In this document: piece after piece, positions 23,609 through 37,184 of the stretch
Layout: every line of letters starts with the position of its first letter
Numbering within the stretch: the first letter of the stretch is position 1
Assembly (NCBI GenBank): GCA_964016885.1
Contig: OZ024740.1
Location: 242,668,001 to 242,732,000, forward strand
Direction of reading: 5' to 3'
DNA length: 64,000 nt
Origin: Eledone cirrhosa
Taxonomy: Eukaryota
Notes under the pieces: model-generated
What the model saw: the letters and a program-made list of their open reading frames with translations, nothing else
The model's database searches: none
What the model was told of the DNA's origin: nothing
Made by a program: the position numbers and the translations under genes

Positions 23609-25574
23609 TAATGATTTTTTTATTGGCCACAAGGGTTGACATCAAGAAAAACATTACAGACGGCACAGGACCGTACAGGACGGTACGATGTGGGTTTTGT
23701 GCGTGTAAATATTTTTATTATTTATATAAGAAAAGAAAAAAAGGACATAGAAACATATATATATATAAACAATAAAAATGAAAATTGAAACAATGAAAAA
23801 TTCCCCAATAGGGGGGAAACCTCCGAGTATTACTCGTGGCGAAAACCACACAAAAGACCACGGCCACCCTGACCACCAGGGCAAGCGCCCTCTCTCAATT
23901 TTTCAGAGTGGTCCCGTTCACTCGGACCATTCTCGCTACATTCACCCACCTTTCAATAAGCTTGCTAGAAGGCAGCACTTGCCTCTCCACCCTGATTTTC
24001 CTCTTCAAATGAAACTTGAAAAAGTTAATTAGGGATTCGCCGAAGAGGAAAGTGTCTGTCTTTAACCCTTTCAACCTTGTCCACCACACAATCTCTTTCG
24101 CCATGGCCATCAGGCAGATGAAAACCGCCTGCCCTTCCTCCTCGAAGGAAGACGGCGAGACCATCTGCACAATGGACTCAGCCGATAACCGGATCAGTCC
24201 TACACGCGACAGCAACTGTTCGACATAGCTCCACAAGTCAGCAATGCCCGGGGACTGAACGAGTGCGTGCACGACGGTTTCGTCGCTCTGCGCGCATCTC
24301 GGACAGGTTCGGCTGACGGCAATTCCGTGCCTGTAGAGCTTATCTCGAACCAGCAGCGCTCCCCGGTAGCACTGCCAGGCCAGGGATTTTTGGAAGTTAT
24401 CCATAGGCCCTGGGCTGAAAGTTCTCCGGAAGAGAGCAAACAGCTGATCTTCTTCGACGCCCAGGATCTCTCCGAGAACGTCGTCGCTCTTCCCCTCCAC
24501 TAGTCCTCTATAGAACGCCGAGGTGGATGTTCCACCGATACTGGTGCAGAGCTAGCAGAAGGCAGTGAGCGCCTGGAGACATTCCAGTTTCCAAGCGCTA
24601 TCCCTCGGTCTTTTTCTGACCCAGGACTGCAGCTCCGTCAAGGAGACGAGCTGTGGGAAAATGTGCCTGGCGAACGGCGACCACACCTGTTCACCGTCAA
24701 GGAAGCACCAGAGATGTCGCAGCCTCAGCGCATGTTTGCGCATCATCAGCCATGGCATGCCCAGTCCTCCACGCAACGGGTGTTGACAACAGATGGATCG
24801 TCTGACCACGGGAGCGCGTCCCTTCCACAAAAAGCGGAAGAGGAAGCGCTCCATTTTGGTGAGAGTTGGGCTGGAGCAAGGGACGACGGTGAGGTGGTAG
24901 CAGATGGCGGATGCGACGTACGCATTCGCCACCTCCGCCCGGCCTTTCAAGGACAGCTTCCTCTCGGCCCATTTCTGGGTGAGAGAGGCCACTTTGCTCG
25001 TCACCTCGTTCCAGTTTTTCGTCATCTGGAGGTCCGGTCCGAACCTGCTGTTGCTGCTATTCTTCATGACGTCAGACGAATGAAATGGCTTTCCATATTT
25101 ACCGCACACATCTTTCGTTGTTGTCGTCGTCGTGGAGAAATGTTCTACGGTACGCGCGTTCTCTTGATGAAGAACACTATGCAAAACTACATTTTTCTTT
25201 TTCTTTAATGGCGTCACTTGCAAAAGAGGCGACAGAGGCGACACCACATTTAGAGAAGGGAGGGAGAGACACAATCTTTTCTCTGACGTAATGACGATTG
25301 GGGAAGAAGAAGACGGAAGGAGTGGGAGTGACTTGTGAAAATTCTTTTTTGTAGCCATGTTTTTTTTACGGTTTAAAATGAATATTGGGCACAATTCCCC
25401 AATAACTGGTTATTTAACCCCGAAGAGCCAAATAACGGGCAGAAAGACCCCTCTCACGAGGAGGAGGGTGTCTTTATCTACGATTTGGTTCAAGTTTTAA
25501 ACAATTTCCAATTGTTATAACGGTTAAAAATGACAATACCTTACAGAGCCGAGCCTCCGTCAACCATGGCGTTC
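23609..25574 (-). mobile_element. Internally deleted Tx1-like LINE (5' region fused to ORF2 C-terminus)
   Basis: LSLKGRAEV..FLWKG..GGLGMP..TCPRC..ETVVHALV; junction at ~25045; (AAT)n at both ends. Confidence 0.82.
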
Positions 25575-25778
25575 AATAATAATAATAATAATTGTTTCTA
25601 CTTTAGGCACAAGGCCAGCAATTACCCAGTGCATTACTGGTACTTTATTTTATCGACCTCGTAAGGATGAAAGGCAAAGTGAACCTCTGCGGGATTTGAA
25701 CTCAGATCGTAAAGGGACGTAACTAAGCTGGAAAGCATGGTGTCTGACCCTCTACCGATACTGCCAATCCACCGTCCT
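25575..25778 (-). mobile_element. SINE A, full length
   Basis: Head, core and tail as in other copies; (AAT)n on both sides. Confidence 0.9.
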
Positions 25779-28700
25779 TAATAATAATAATAATGCTTTC
25801 TTTATTAACCACAAGGGTTGACATAAAGTATAACATTAAGGACAACACAGGACAATACAGGACGGTACAAATGGGCATTTCTGCGTGTAAAGAAAAAATA
25901 ATTACAAAGGAAATAACAAAAAAAATGAAACAAAGGAAACAAGGGGGGGGGGGGGGGCTTCCGAGGGATACTCGTGGAGAAAGCCCATTAAAAAAGCCAT
26001 GGTGACCCTGACCCCCAGGGAAAGTGCCTTCTCCCAGTTTTCCACCTTCAATTTACAGGCGCATATTCAGAACAGGCCCATTCACTCGGGCCATGTTTGC
26101 CTCTCTCATCCATCATCATCATCATCATCATCATCCTCACCGTTTTACATCCGTTTTTCTACCCTAGCATAGTTAGACGGGTTGTCCTGTTATGGGCAGT
26201 GTTCGGTCGGCTGACCATGCCTTGCTCATACGGGAACTGATTCTGGCTTGATTTCTACAGCTGGATGCCCTTCCTAACACCAACCTCATTTACAGTGAGT
26301 GCTGGGTGCTTTTTTGCCGTGGCACCTCCACGACCACTTTGCAGTGAGAGGGTGTGGGGGCATATTGTCTATATGCTTCAGCTTCGGCTTTTCATCTTTC
26401 AACAAATTGCTGGAAAGGGAGCACTTCACTCTCCACCCTGATATTCCTTTTCAAATGAAATTTGAAAAAGTTAATCAGGGTATCACTGAAGAGGTAAATG
26501 CTCATCTTCAGCCCTTTCAAATGTGTTCACCACACGACCTGTTTCGCCATGGCCACCAGGCAGATAAAAACTGCCTGCCATTCCCGGCTAAAGGAATGCA
26601 TCAAGCAATCCTCACGATGGACTCAGCTGATAGCTGGATCCGTGTTACACACGACAAGTGTTCGACATAAACCCACAAGTGCATGCAGGACGTTTTCGTC
26701 GCCTCCACACATCTCGGACAGGCCTGGCTGACAGCACTTCTATGCTTGTTGAGTTTATCCCGAACTGGCAAAGCTCCCCGGTAGCAGTGTCAGGCCAGAG
26801 ATTTCTGGAAGTTGTACATGGGTCCTGACCCGAAAGTTCTCCTAAAGAGATTGGCTAGTTAATTTTCATTGACGCCTAGAGTCTTCCCAAGGACGTCGTC
26901 GCTCTTTGCCTCTACTAACCCTCTATAGAACGCCAAAGTGGAGTTTCCACCAATCGTATCGCTCAATTGGTCGAGGGTTGTGAGCGCATGAAGAGATTCC
27001 AATCTCCAAGCACTCTCTCTCGAACTTCGCTTGACCTACGACTTCTGCTCCGTCGAAGAGACAAGCTGGGGGAAAATGCATCTAGCAAACGGTGACCACA
27101 CCTGATCGCCGTTAAGGAAGAGGTGGAGATGCTGTAGCCTGAACACATGTCAGTGCATCATCAGCCATGGCATACCCAGCCCTCCACATAGCGGGTATTG
27201 ACAACACAATGTACATGTTCGCCACCTCCGCTCGACCTTTCAGGGATAGCTCCCTCTCAGCCCATTTCTGGGTGAGAGAGGCCACTCTGCTCATCACCTC
27301 GTCCCAGTTTTTGTCCGTTTGGAGGTCCAGACCCCAAGCAATTTAACCGGTCCATCTGTCCAGTGCCCTACGACACTCTTGGACGGCATAGACTTGTCAC
27401 TTCAGGTGCCGAGCTGCAGGCCCACCGACTTTTCCTGTTTATTCATTGCTTCTGTCATCACCTCGTATTCTCTTAGAGTAGTGCCGATCGCCTCAATGTG
27501 TTTGGCGCTCGACACCACTACGATGATGTCATCGGCATATGCTGACACAGCTCTCCCGCATCCCACGTCACAGCTCTCCCGCATCCCGCATCCTGAAAGT
27601 CTCCAGTTTGGTCAGTAATGGCTCAAGAGTCAATACATACAGCAGGGAAGAGAGGGGACATGCTTGGCAGACCAAGCACATAATGTTGAATGGTTCCGAA
27701 AGGTGACTATTCATTCTCACCGACAAAGCAGATGTCGCTGTGTATGGCAGCAATCCAGCCTCTGAAGATGGGCTCAAAGCCAGCCACCCACAGGACCGCC
27801 ACCAGATAACAATGGTCGACCCTATGGAAAGCTTTCGACTGATTTAAATTGATCAAAGCCCCACCCATGCCAGGTTCATTAGCTACCCTCTACATGATGT
27901 ATCGTATGAGGTGGAGGTTGTCGTGGATGGATCTATCTGAAATGGTGTATGTCTGCGCCTCTCCCACCAGACCACCAACAACAAGTGCCAACCTCTTTGC
28001 TAGCACCTAGGCCAAAATCTTGAACTCTGTGTTTAGCACAGTTATGAGCATGAAATTATCTATGTTATCCCCCTTGTTCAGGTCCTTTCTCAACAGCGCC
28101 ACTACTCCTCGACTCACAGAGCTGAGAATCCTCCAGTTCTGCTGCCCGTTGCAGTAGATGTCCGCCAAGAGGTTGCCGAACAAGTCTGACATGTGTATGT
28201 AAATCTCGTAGCGCAGACCATCCAAACCAGGTGTTTTACCCATTGTGCAGTCAGTCATTGCCGCCTGTACCTCAGCGACTGTTGTTGGCTTTTTGCCAAC
28301 ACTCCGCCTCAGTGGCTGAGAGCCGTGGCAGACCACCAAGGTAGGCACTAAAGTCCATCCTGCGATCCAATCCGCCACTGCCCCCGAACAGCTGAGCGGA
28401 GTGCTGCAGAAAAGCTGCACATATTTGCCTGGGTTTGAGTATCATGTGCCCGTCATAGTCCTTCAAAGACCGGATTGTGGATTTGTTATCACGACGCGCC
28501 TCTGTCACTCAGGCACACTGAATGGCTTTCATCCCTTTGTGCCTGAGAACACGCACCCTAGCTCTGACAACGCAGCCTTCACGTTTTGCATTGAAGAATT
28601 GGTTGAGGGCAATATCGCCACCAGCAGGTCGGTCGCGATGCCTTCACCAAGCACCTCGTCTAATTTTCTAACTAGTTCTCTCTCTGCTCTATTTTTCTCT

Positions 28701-31664
28701 ACTGTTATCACCTTGCTAAACCTAATGGATTCCATTCTAATTGCCCTTTCCAGAGCAAACCACCATTTGTTGTTGACGACTGCCTCCGTCAAGGCCCACT
28801 TAACTAGTTCTCTGTAGGCTTTACGCGTTGTCAGTGACGGTTTAGCTTCCAGTAGCTGGGTCCCTGTCTATGAAGCCTATCTAAGTTGACCACACAGCTC
28901 ACGAATCTGTGGTCTGTGTAGTCGACTATCTTGAATTGTGGACAACTTATGTTAGAACTATCTATTTCCTTACAAAATACTCTATCTGGATACGATCTGG
29001 ATGACCCAATGCAGTTTGTCCATGTCCACATTGGCACATTCGGGAAATCCAGTTGGTACTTGTCAGACAGCTGGAAATGTCTGAGCAGGTCTGCGAGGCT
29101 TTTACACCCTCTCCCTTATCCACTAATCCCACACAGTCCAAGTGTGCATCGAAGATCCCGTTCCAATCGCCCACTAACATTAAAGAGGGGGATGTTCCTA
29201 GGAAGGTCTCCAGTCACCTGAAGAAACCAGGCCGTCCTTCCCTTGTTGGGGCATAAACAGACACTAGCCTAAAAGCATAGCCTTTGCTGCTGGTCACGTC
29301 CAGCACCACCAACTTACCTCTGGAACCAGGAAGATGGTCTATATCACGAGATCTAGTCCTCTCCGAAACAACACAGCGACTCCACTTCCTGATCCCGGCC
29401 GGCTTGGAGATGCATGCACATCATAACTGCCGAAGATGGGTGCAAAGGCATGGGCCTCGGAAATTCTGGTCTCGCTGATGGCCACCACATCTATGTTCAT
29501 TGACCTGAGGTCGTTGAACAGGTGACCCTGCTTCCATGACGACCCCATGCCACACGCATTTATGCTGCCTATTCTGAGTAAGGTCATGTTGAAAGGGTGT
29601 GGAAAAAGTTGGGAAAGACCACTTACCTCAGTTCTTGTGGAGGAAGGATGATTTTTCTGTCCTTCTGACTGCTTGTGGCTCCCTCTGGAAGGATGTCTTT
29701 ATATATCCTCCTGGAAAGTGTTTGCAAGAATTCTCCGATGTCCTTGGGGAATTTTAATTTTAGGGTTGTGTATGTTTTCTGTGTCATATGAGTGATTAGT
29801 ATGTGGGTGGGTGGTGTAAATTTTTGAGGGTTATGATGTGAAGCTTTTCTCTGTGATGCTGGTGTTGTATTGGATGTAGTGTAATAATTGTTTATTGTTT
29901 GGTCGTTTTGTTGTTTGCATTTGTTGTGGGTTTGTTTCTGTTTCGCTTGTTAGTATTTTTGTGGTATTGGTGATGGTGGTGTTGGGGCTTATGATCGTGA
30001 TGGAGTTGGTATTTCTGGTGATTGGGCTGGTGATGCTGGTGTGAGTGGTGGTGGTGGTGGTGGTGGTGGTGGTGGTGGCGTAGTTGTCTTAACTTACTTG
30101 TTTTTTGTTTGTTTGTTTGTTTCGCCCGCTATTTTTTGGGAGAGCGAAGGAAGAGGGTTTTTTCTTTACTGTTTTCTCTTTTTACAGATACAGTTTTCCA
30201 CCCCTTCTCCTTATCACAATCCATCTCTAGTTGTGAGAGGTCGGGGTGTGTAATGTCCTCCACAGGCGCTGGTGTTGGTTGTGGCGTGCTGGATGGTGGT
30301 GGCTCTAGTGCTACTTCTAGCACAGTGAGCAGTGGTGGTGGTGATCTTGCTACCGTTGCTGTTGCTGTTTTTGCTGGTTGAGTCAATGGGGTAGGCAGGA
30401 GAGGTAGCCTTAATTTTTTAGCCATCCCCTGAGGGCAGAAGGCCTTTAGGTGGGTTCCATTGCCATAAACGACATACCTAGGCCTTCTACCTTCAACGAT
30501 TACGATGAGGTGGCTGCCGTCATCGACGTCTATCACCTCCGAAATCTCTTGGATGTTTTTCTGGTCCGCTTGGATCAGGAGTTCCATTCTAGAACCAGAC
30601 CAGTTTTCTTGTTTGATTTTCAAGACCTTTGATGACTTTTGTGTTGTCTTCGATGTCGGCGAGGACGGCAGCCATCATCAGCCAGGAAATTCCAATGGCC
30701 GGCGGTACCTGGGTCACTTTTACTCTCATGAGCCTTTGTTTGCAGTAGCGTGGGACTAGTGTGAGCTCGTCACTCTTTAGTGGAGCCATGGAGTGCTCTC
30801 TGGCTTCCTGTGGGGTTCCAAAGAACACTTCCATTGTCCCATATCTTTGTCCACGTAAGATGTGGGTTTTCTGAGCCCACACATGTCCCAAAACCCTTTG
30901 CATCTGGGACTCGGATACCTTCCCCACTCAGCGTGTTTTTGTACTAATTGTATGGTATGATACCATACATAGCCACCGATCTTGCATGGTGTTTGATGGA
31001 GGAGTGAGGCTGACCCTGTAGCCATTTATCTTCACCATTCGCCTGGCCTCATAGAGTTGTTCCTGGCTTACCTCAATCGTTTCGTTCTTGTTCGCCACTT
31101 TCGCAAAATATATATTGGGTTTTAAGCTGGTGTTGGTGTTGTTGTAATTCGCATTGTTGTTGTTCTTGCTGTTCTTGTTATTGTTGTTATCATTTATGTT
31201 GTTGTTGTCGTGTGTGTTCATTTTGTTTTTAGTTTCCATTGTTTCAGTGGTGGTGGTGGGGTGGTGTTGTCTGTGGTGTTGGCCACACTTACCGTCATTG
31301 TGGTGGGGTGCCAGCATTCAGCGTGGCAAACGTTGGCAGAGCTGGAAAGTCTGCTTTGTTTTCATGATATTTGGTCACTGCTGCTGCTGCTACTGCTGTT
31401 CTTGTTGTTGTTGCTGCTGCTGCTGTTGTTATTGTTTTCAGAATTTTGGCTGTTCCACTCTATGGACAGCCCACCATTCCATTTAGCAGAAGTATTATTT
31501 TTGTCTGCCATCTTAATTTTCGTAGAAAATTGAGGAGAGTGTTTCAAAACAATCCCTTAAGGGCTTTAAGTGGAGCTAAATGAACCAGCTCACAGCAGGT
31601 AGCAGCTTGATGTTCATTTGAACAAACTTTCCAATTAAACAACATCAATGACTGAGACTCCAAG
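25779..31664 (-). mobile_element. Near full-length decayed Tx1-like LINE (ORF1, APE, RT, Zn finger, 3' UTR)
   Basis: IGSINACG, LVGDWNG, YTDHRFV, YWKLN, KTPGLDGL, CPLSSLLY, SAYADDI, LSLKGRAEV in fragmented ORFs; (ATT)n 3' tail; 5' end against (AAC/AAT)n. Confidence 0.92.
26108..26385 (-). mobile_element. RTE 3' UTR fragment inserted in the Tx1 element
   Basis: Reverse complement of ~11878-12185 with (CAT)n tail; the Tx1 sequence resumes at ~26391. Confidence 0.85.
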
Positions 31665-31697
31665 AATAACAACAACAACAACAACAATAATAATAGT

Positions 31698-31747
<50 letters not shown>

Positions 31748-31749
<2 letters not shown>

Positions 31750-31820
31750 AAGGCGGGTAAAATTCCCGAGATCCATGGACGAGTTCTCTCCAGCGGTCTC
31801 TGTCCCTCATTATCGCTGCC
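31748..31820 (-). mobile_element. ~70-bp RTE 3' stub in (TA)n
   Basis: Near-identical to 2149-2222. Confidence 0.85.
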
Positions 31821-32106
31821 ATATATATATATATATATTGCTAAAATGAATAAAGATGCGTCTGTGAAATTACAGATACTTGCTATATCGCCTGCAAAGG
31901 AAGCTCAGGAAAAAGTTCTGAACTCTCAAAACTGAGACATGGTGGGTTTTTTTGGAAACTCCATGTGCATTTCGACCAATCCTTAGATTTGTTTAGAGGT
32001 GTAAGTTCATATGGCTAATTCTATCTCACTGATGATCCTAATTAACCATTGAACTTGACAATTTCATATATGAAACATGGTCTTTAGCCATTAAGGAATT
32101 ATGTAT

Positions 32107-35100
32107 TCACCATTCATCATCAGGTCGAGCTTGCTCGGCCTTCTACGACACGTTTCCTCCATCCATCTCTGTCTCTCATAGCGTTTGCCAGTTCTTCCGC
32201 AGTGCATCCAGTATCGTCTTCAAGTTGCTTGACGTATGTCTTCTTGGGACGACCAGCGTTTCTTGCTCCATGAGATGGACTCCATAACAACACATCACCT
32301 GCTATTTATTCCTTGCTATGCCAACAATGGCCAGAAAATCTGAGTCTCTATTTACATATTGACTTGCTGATAGGTGGTATATTGCCATAGAGATCCTTAT
32401 TTGTTGGGTGTTCCCTCCAAGATACGTTTAAAGCAGCACGGAGCATACGTGTGTATGCCCCATCTACCTTTTTCTCCAGTTTTGACGTTAGTGTCCAAGT
32501 GATAGAGCCATAAACAAGCACAGATTCCACAGCAGCTCTGAAGAAATTCCTTTTCAGTTTGGCCGGCAGGTTTGATTTCCATATCTTTTCCATTGCATTC
32601 AATGCTCCCCAGGATTTCCCCAGTCTGATGTTAACATTATGTTCTGTGGAGGCGATATAGCTACCCAGGTATTTGAAGTCGTCAACTTGCTTGATTATAT
32701 CGCCGTTTAGACTTCGCATACCAACTGAGGAGTCTTGGCTCAGGGAAATATATTCTGTTTTGCCTGCGTTGACATAGAGTCCGATTTCCTTTGCAATTGA
32801 TTCGATGCTGTGAAGTAGTGATGTTGCATCGTTAGGGTAGTCAGCGAGGACCGCTAAATCATCCGCATAGTCAGCATCGGTGATTTTCTGAGCTGCATGG
32901 CGTCTACACTTTCTCTTTGTGAGAGTGAAACCAAGCTCTAAATTTTCGTCCAGGGCTTTTCTCAATACATAGTCGAGGCAGATGATAAAAATATATGGTG
33001 CAAGAGTATCCCCTTGGAGTACTCCTGCAATGATGTCAAAGAAGTTGGTATCTCCATCAGGTGTGCGCACCATTGCGCGGGTGTTTTTATATAACATCAT
33101 GATGGCATTTACTGTTTCCTTTGGCAAGCCGTAGGCTAGAAGTATCTCTCTCATCCTCCCACGATGGAGGGAATCGAATGCTTTTGAAAAGTCAATAAAC
33201 AGGAGAGTTGCTGGGAGGTTTTTGGCTTTTATGCCTTCCAAGATAAGCCGAATAGTAAGTATTTGCCTTGATGTTGATCTGTTGGTGCGGAAGCCATTTT
33301 GTTTTTTTCTCAGCAAGGGGTCAATGACAGGTCTTATTCTGTCAAACAGCATGAGATTGTATATCTTTGCGGCAATTGCCATTAGTGTTATGCCACAGTA
33401 GTTTTTAGCCATTCCAAGATCGCCCTTTTTTGGAAAAGGGAGTATATTCCCTCAGTCCATTTGTCTATGGGGTCTTGATTATAGACACCATTACACAACT
33501 CTAGTAGGATTGGGTTAAATTCCACACTTCAGCTGGGATCTCGTTGAGTCCGCACGCTTTTCCGTTACCAATACTTTTCACTACTTTCTATAGTTCCTCC
33601 ATAGTGAAAGGACCTTTCTGTATTTGGTGTTCCTCTGTAAAAACGGGTATTATTTCTTCTTCGATGATCTGTGGTGCTTTGCCAAGTAGGTTCTGAAAAT
33701 GTTGTTGCCACAGTTTTAAACGTTCGTTTTGGCTGGAAGCTTTCAGTTTGGCTCTGTCACTACTTTTTCTGCCACGAATTTCATTGACAGTTTTCCAGGC
33801 TTCAGCAGACTTCTTATTGCTGACAGTACTTGAGATATGATTGATCTTTTTCTGCATATATTCGGCTTGCTCAATTTCATACTCACTTTTCAGTGCTGTA
33901 CGAGCAGCATTGAAGTTACTAATGTTTTCTGGAGATCGTTGAGTGTCTTTCAATTCTGCAGCTTTTCGCAACTCTTCGCGCTTTTGGCGTATCCTCTCTG
34001 TTTCCCAGGGTTTTCGTTTTTTAACTCTGGTTTTAAAGGGATGGTGTCGGCCGCTGCCTCTTTGAATGCCAATTGAAAGTGGTTAAATGTAGAATTTGAC
34101 GATTTTGTTGGCGCAGAGTCTTGTAGGGCAGCAAATCGGTTGCTCAGTTGGGTTACAAATGTTTTGTAAGTCTCAGGATTGGTATTCAGAACTGCCCACT
34201 TGTAAGGAGTAGCATTTGCAGATTTCATTTTCTCCACTCGGAGACTTAATCGTATCTTAGCCGAGACAATGCGATGATCCGAGTCAACACTAACAAACGA
34301 GTCATATGTTCTGCAGTTTTTTGCGCTGTTCCTCCATTTTCGATTGATTATGATATAATCCAATTGTGTCTTGTAGCCATTTGGAGATTTCTGTGTCCAC
34401 CGCTGGCCTGGTCTTTTTTGGGATATGACGTTGAGACATCGTAAATTGTTCTCACACAAGTAATCTTTTAGCATACAACCGTTTCTATTGGTTTGTGAGT
34501 GGTATGAGAATTTGAATCCATCAAGCTGTCCAAGACGCGCGTTGAAGTCTCCGCCAATGATGAGAACATTATGTTTCGGGATTTGTCTAGTGAGTGATGT
34601 TAGTTCCATGTAAAACCTCTCTACTTCGGCCATATCACATACATTTGTTGGACTATAGCAAGAGATTACAGTGGTTTTAGGATTCCCGTTAAACGTAGCT
34701 ATCATTATCCTTGATGTTATCATTTCAACACTCGCAAGTGCATCATAGGCTCGCGGGCTGAAAAGCATTCCAACTCCACCATTTGCTGCATTCATGTTGT
34801 TTTTCCAAGCTGAGCAGGTTATCAGCCTCCAATTGCCAAATATTTGCTCCTTTGTTACAAGCTCTTCATGTATGAACCGGTGCTCCTGAAGACAGATAAC
34901 ATCATGGTTGGTCGCCCCTGCTGAAGCAATCAGTTCAGGGATTTTATGGTCTTTCTGGAGTGTTTGAACATTGAGTGTACCAGCAAAGATGTCTTTCTTT
35001 CCCTGTACAAGTCGGGTTGGTTGTTTTCTCCGTGTATGTTTCCCAGTATCTGATTTTTCGACTGCAATCTGGGAAGCTGTTGCAGGACGCTCTCCTTGTT

Positions 35101-35685
35101 TAACCGCGCGTCGAGCGCTGCGGGATGAACATCGAAGGATTTGTGTCATATTTAGCTTTCAATAGCTGGATATACACTTGTGGTCGCTACTCCATACAAG
35201 TGAAAGCAGTACTCTGTATTAGAGCGGTTGTGCCTCACCGAAACATCCAACAATAGTTGATATGATCGCCTTGCCACTAGTAGTATGAACCAAATTCACA
35301 GTTACTTGATAATTGCCTTATCTACTGATCCGACATCCTGCCTACCAATGTCATCGTTTAACCCAGTCAGGATTGGTTTGACAGATTGCCTATCAAGGCC
35401 AAAGAGCTCTGTCCGCCCCGGCTTTGAAATCAGAGAGGTCCCTCTCCTAGACAGATATCCGACCAAGGCTACCAAATATACACTATATACATATTTACAC
35501 AATTTTTGGATGGCCGTTGACGAGTTCTTCAGCCCTTTGTCAGGTTTTGTTTTTGTCCTGCAGGATGTCCAAATCCCCCTCCTCAGCAAGTAAACTTGAT
35601 GGGGTTGCCGGTTAGTCGCCGACGACCCGACCATGCGACAGGGTGTACTGGGTTACATGTTACCAGTAGCACTTGAGAGTGGCCT
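32107..35685 (-). mobile_element. Full-length RTE-clade LINE (single APE-RT ORF broken by frameshifts and stops)
   Basis: GTLNVQTL, DVICLQEHR, GGDFNA, QLDYII, DSDHRIV, FIDFSKAFDS, GVLQGDTLAPY, DYADDL, FKYLGS; 11-bp TSD GAATTATGTAT at 32096-32106 and 35686-35696. Confidence 0.95.
35607..35684 (-). ncRNA. Candidate HDV-like ribozyme at the RTE 5' end
   Basis: P1 GGCCA/TGGTC, P2 CCAG/CCGG, P3 TAC/GCA, L3 ACCCTGTC, GG, P4 TCG/CGA, J4/2 CTAA in HDV order; mismatches in P2 and P3, short P1. Confidence 0.4.
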
Positions 35686-35822
35686 GAATTATGTATGAGA
35701 GAGTAAAATAGTTATTTAATGTCCTGTATGTTCTGTTTGATAGTTTCGTTAAACTCACTATACTGCTCATTTGTAATTATATGTTCTTACACTCTTTGAA
35801 AATGATCTTCTGTTTTAATGTT

Positions 35823-36603
<781 letters not shown>

Positions 36604-36613
<10 letters not shown>

Positions 36614-37180
36614 AGAGAATACATTAAAAGAACATGCTTTTTCAGTGCAGGGTATTTTTACCACCAGAGTAAAAGACATATAAACTGTGTAAGGTACGAG
36701 AAAAACATAATCAAACAAATTAATAAATTTAAAAGAGTACCTCAATAACTCCGTTGCTTCATTTGATATTTTAGCTCCCCACACCTCGTTGGTCGAGCAC
36801 AATTTAACTTGAATGGTCATATGCCATACTTTCTAACAGTTTACTCCCCCATTCAGACCATCAGATACAGTTATAAGCACGTATTTCTCTTACCACATGC
36901 TAAAGACTAGTTTCTAACTTAACATTAGATGCACAAGTCACATAATCTGAAACACCTGCTGATGAACAATGAATAATGTGATCATTGCTGTGTATTACCG
37001 AAACATTCTTACATGGACTGTGCAGGTGTAATAGTTATTGAGGTACTCTTTTAAATTTATTAATCTGTTTGATTACAATATTTCTCTCATACCTTACACA
37101 GTTTATATGTCTTTCACTCTGGTGGTAAAAATACCCTGTAATGAAAAAGCATGTTCTTTTCATGTATTCTCTCCTATATA
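36604..37180. mobile_element. Penelope-like remnant with ~145-bp inverted termini and a decayed hammerhead (~36953-37028, +)
   Basis: 36604-36750 is the reverse complement of ~37033-37180; CACCTG-CTGATGA..GAAACA..TGT-G-CAGGTG (GUG at the cleavage triplet). Confidence 0.65.
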
Positions 37181-37184
37181 TTTT

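Noticed and set aside
32010-32090. CTGATGA...GAAACATGGTC hammerhead-like spacing
   Set aside because: Stems I and II do not pair next to the core; at best a heavily decayed motif.
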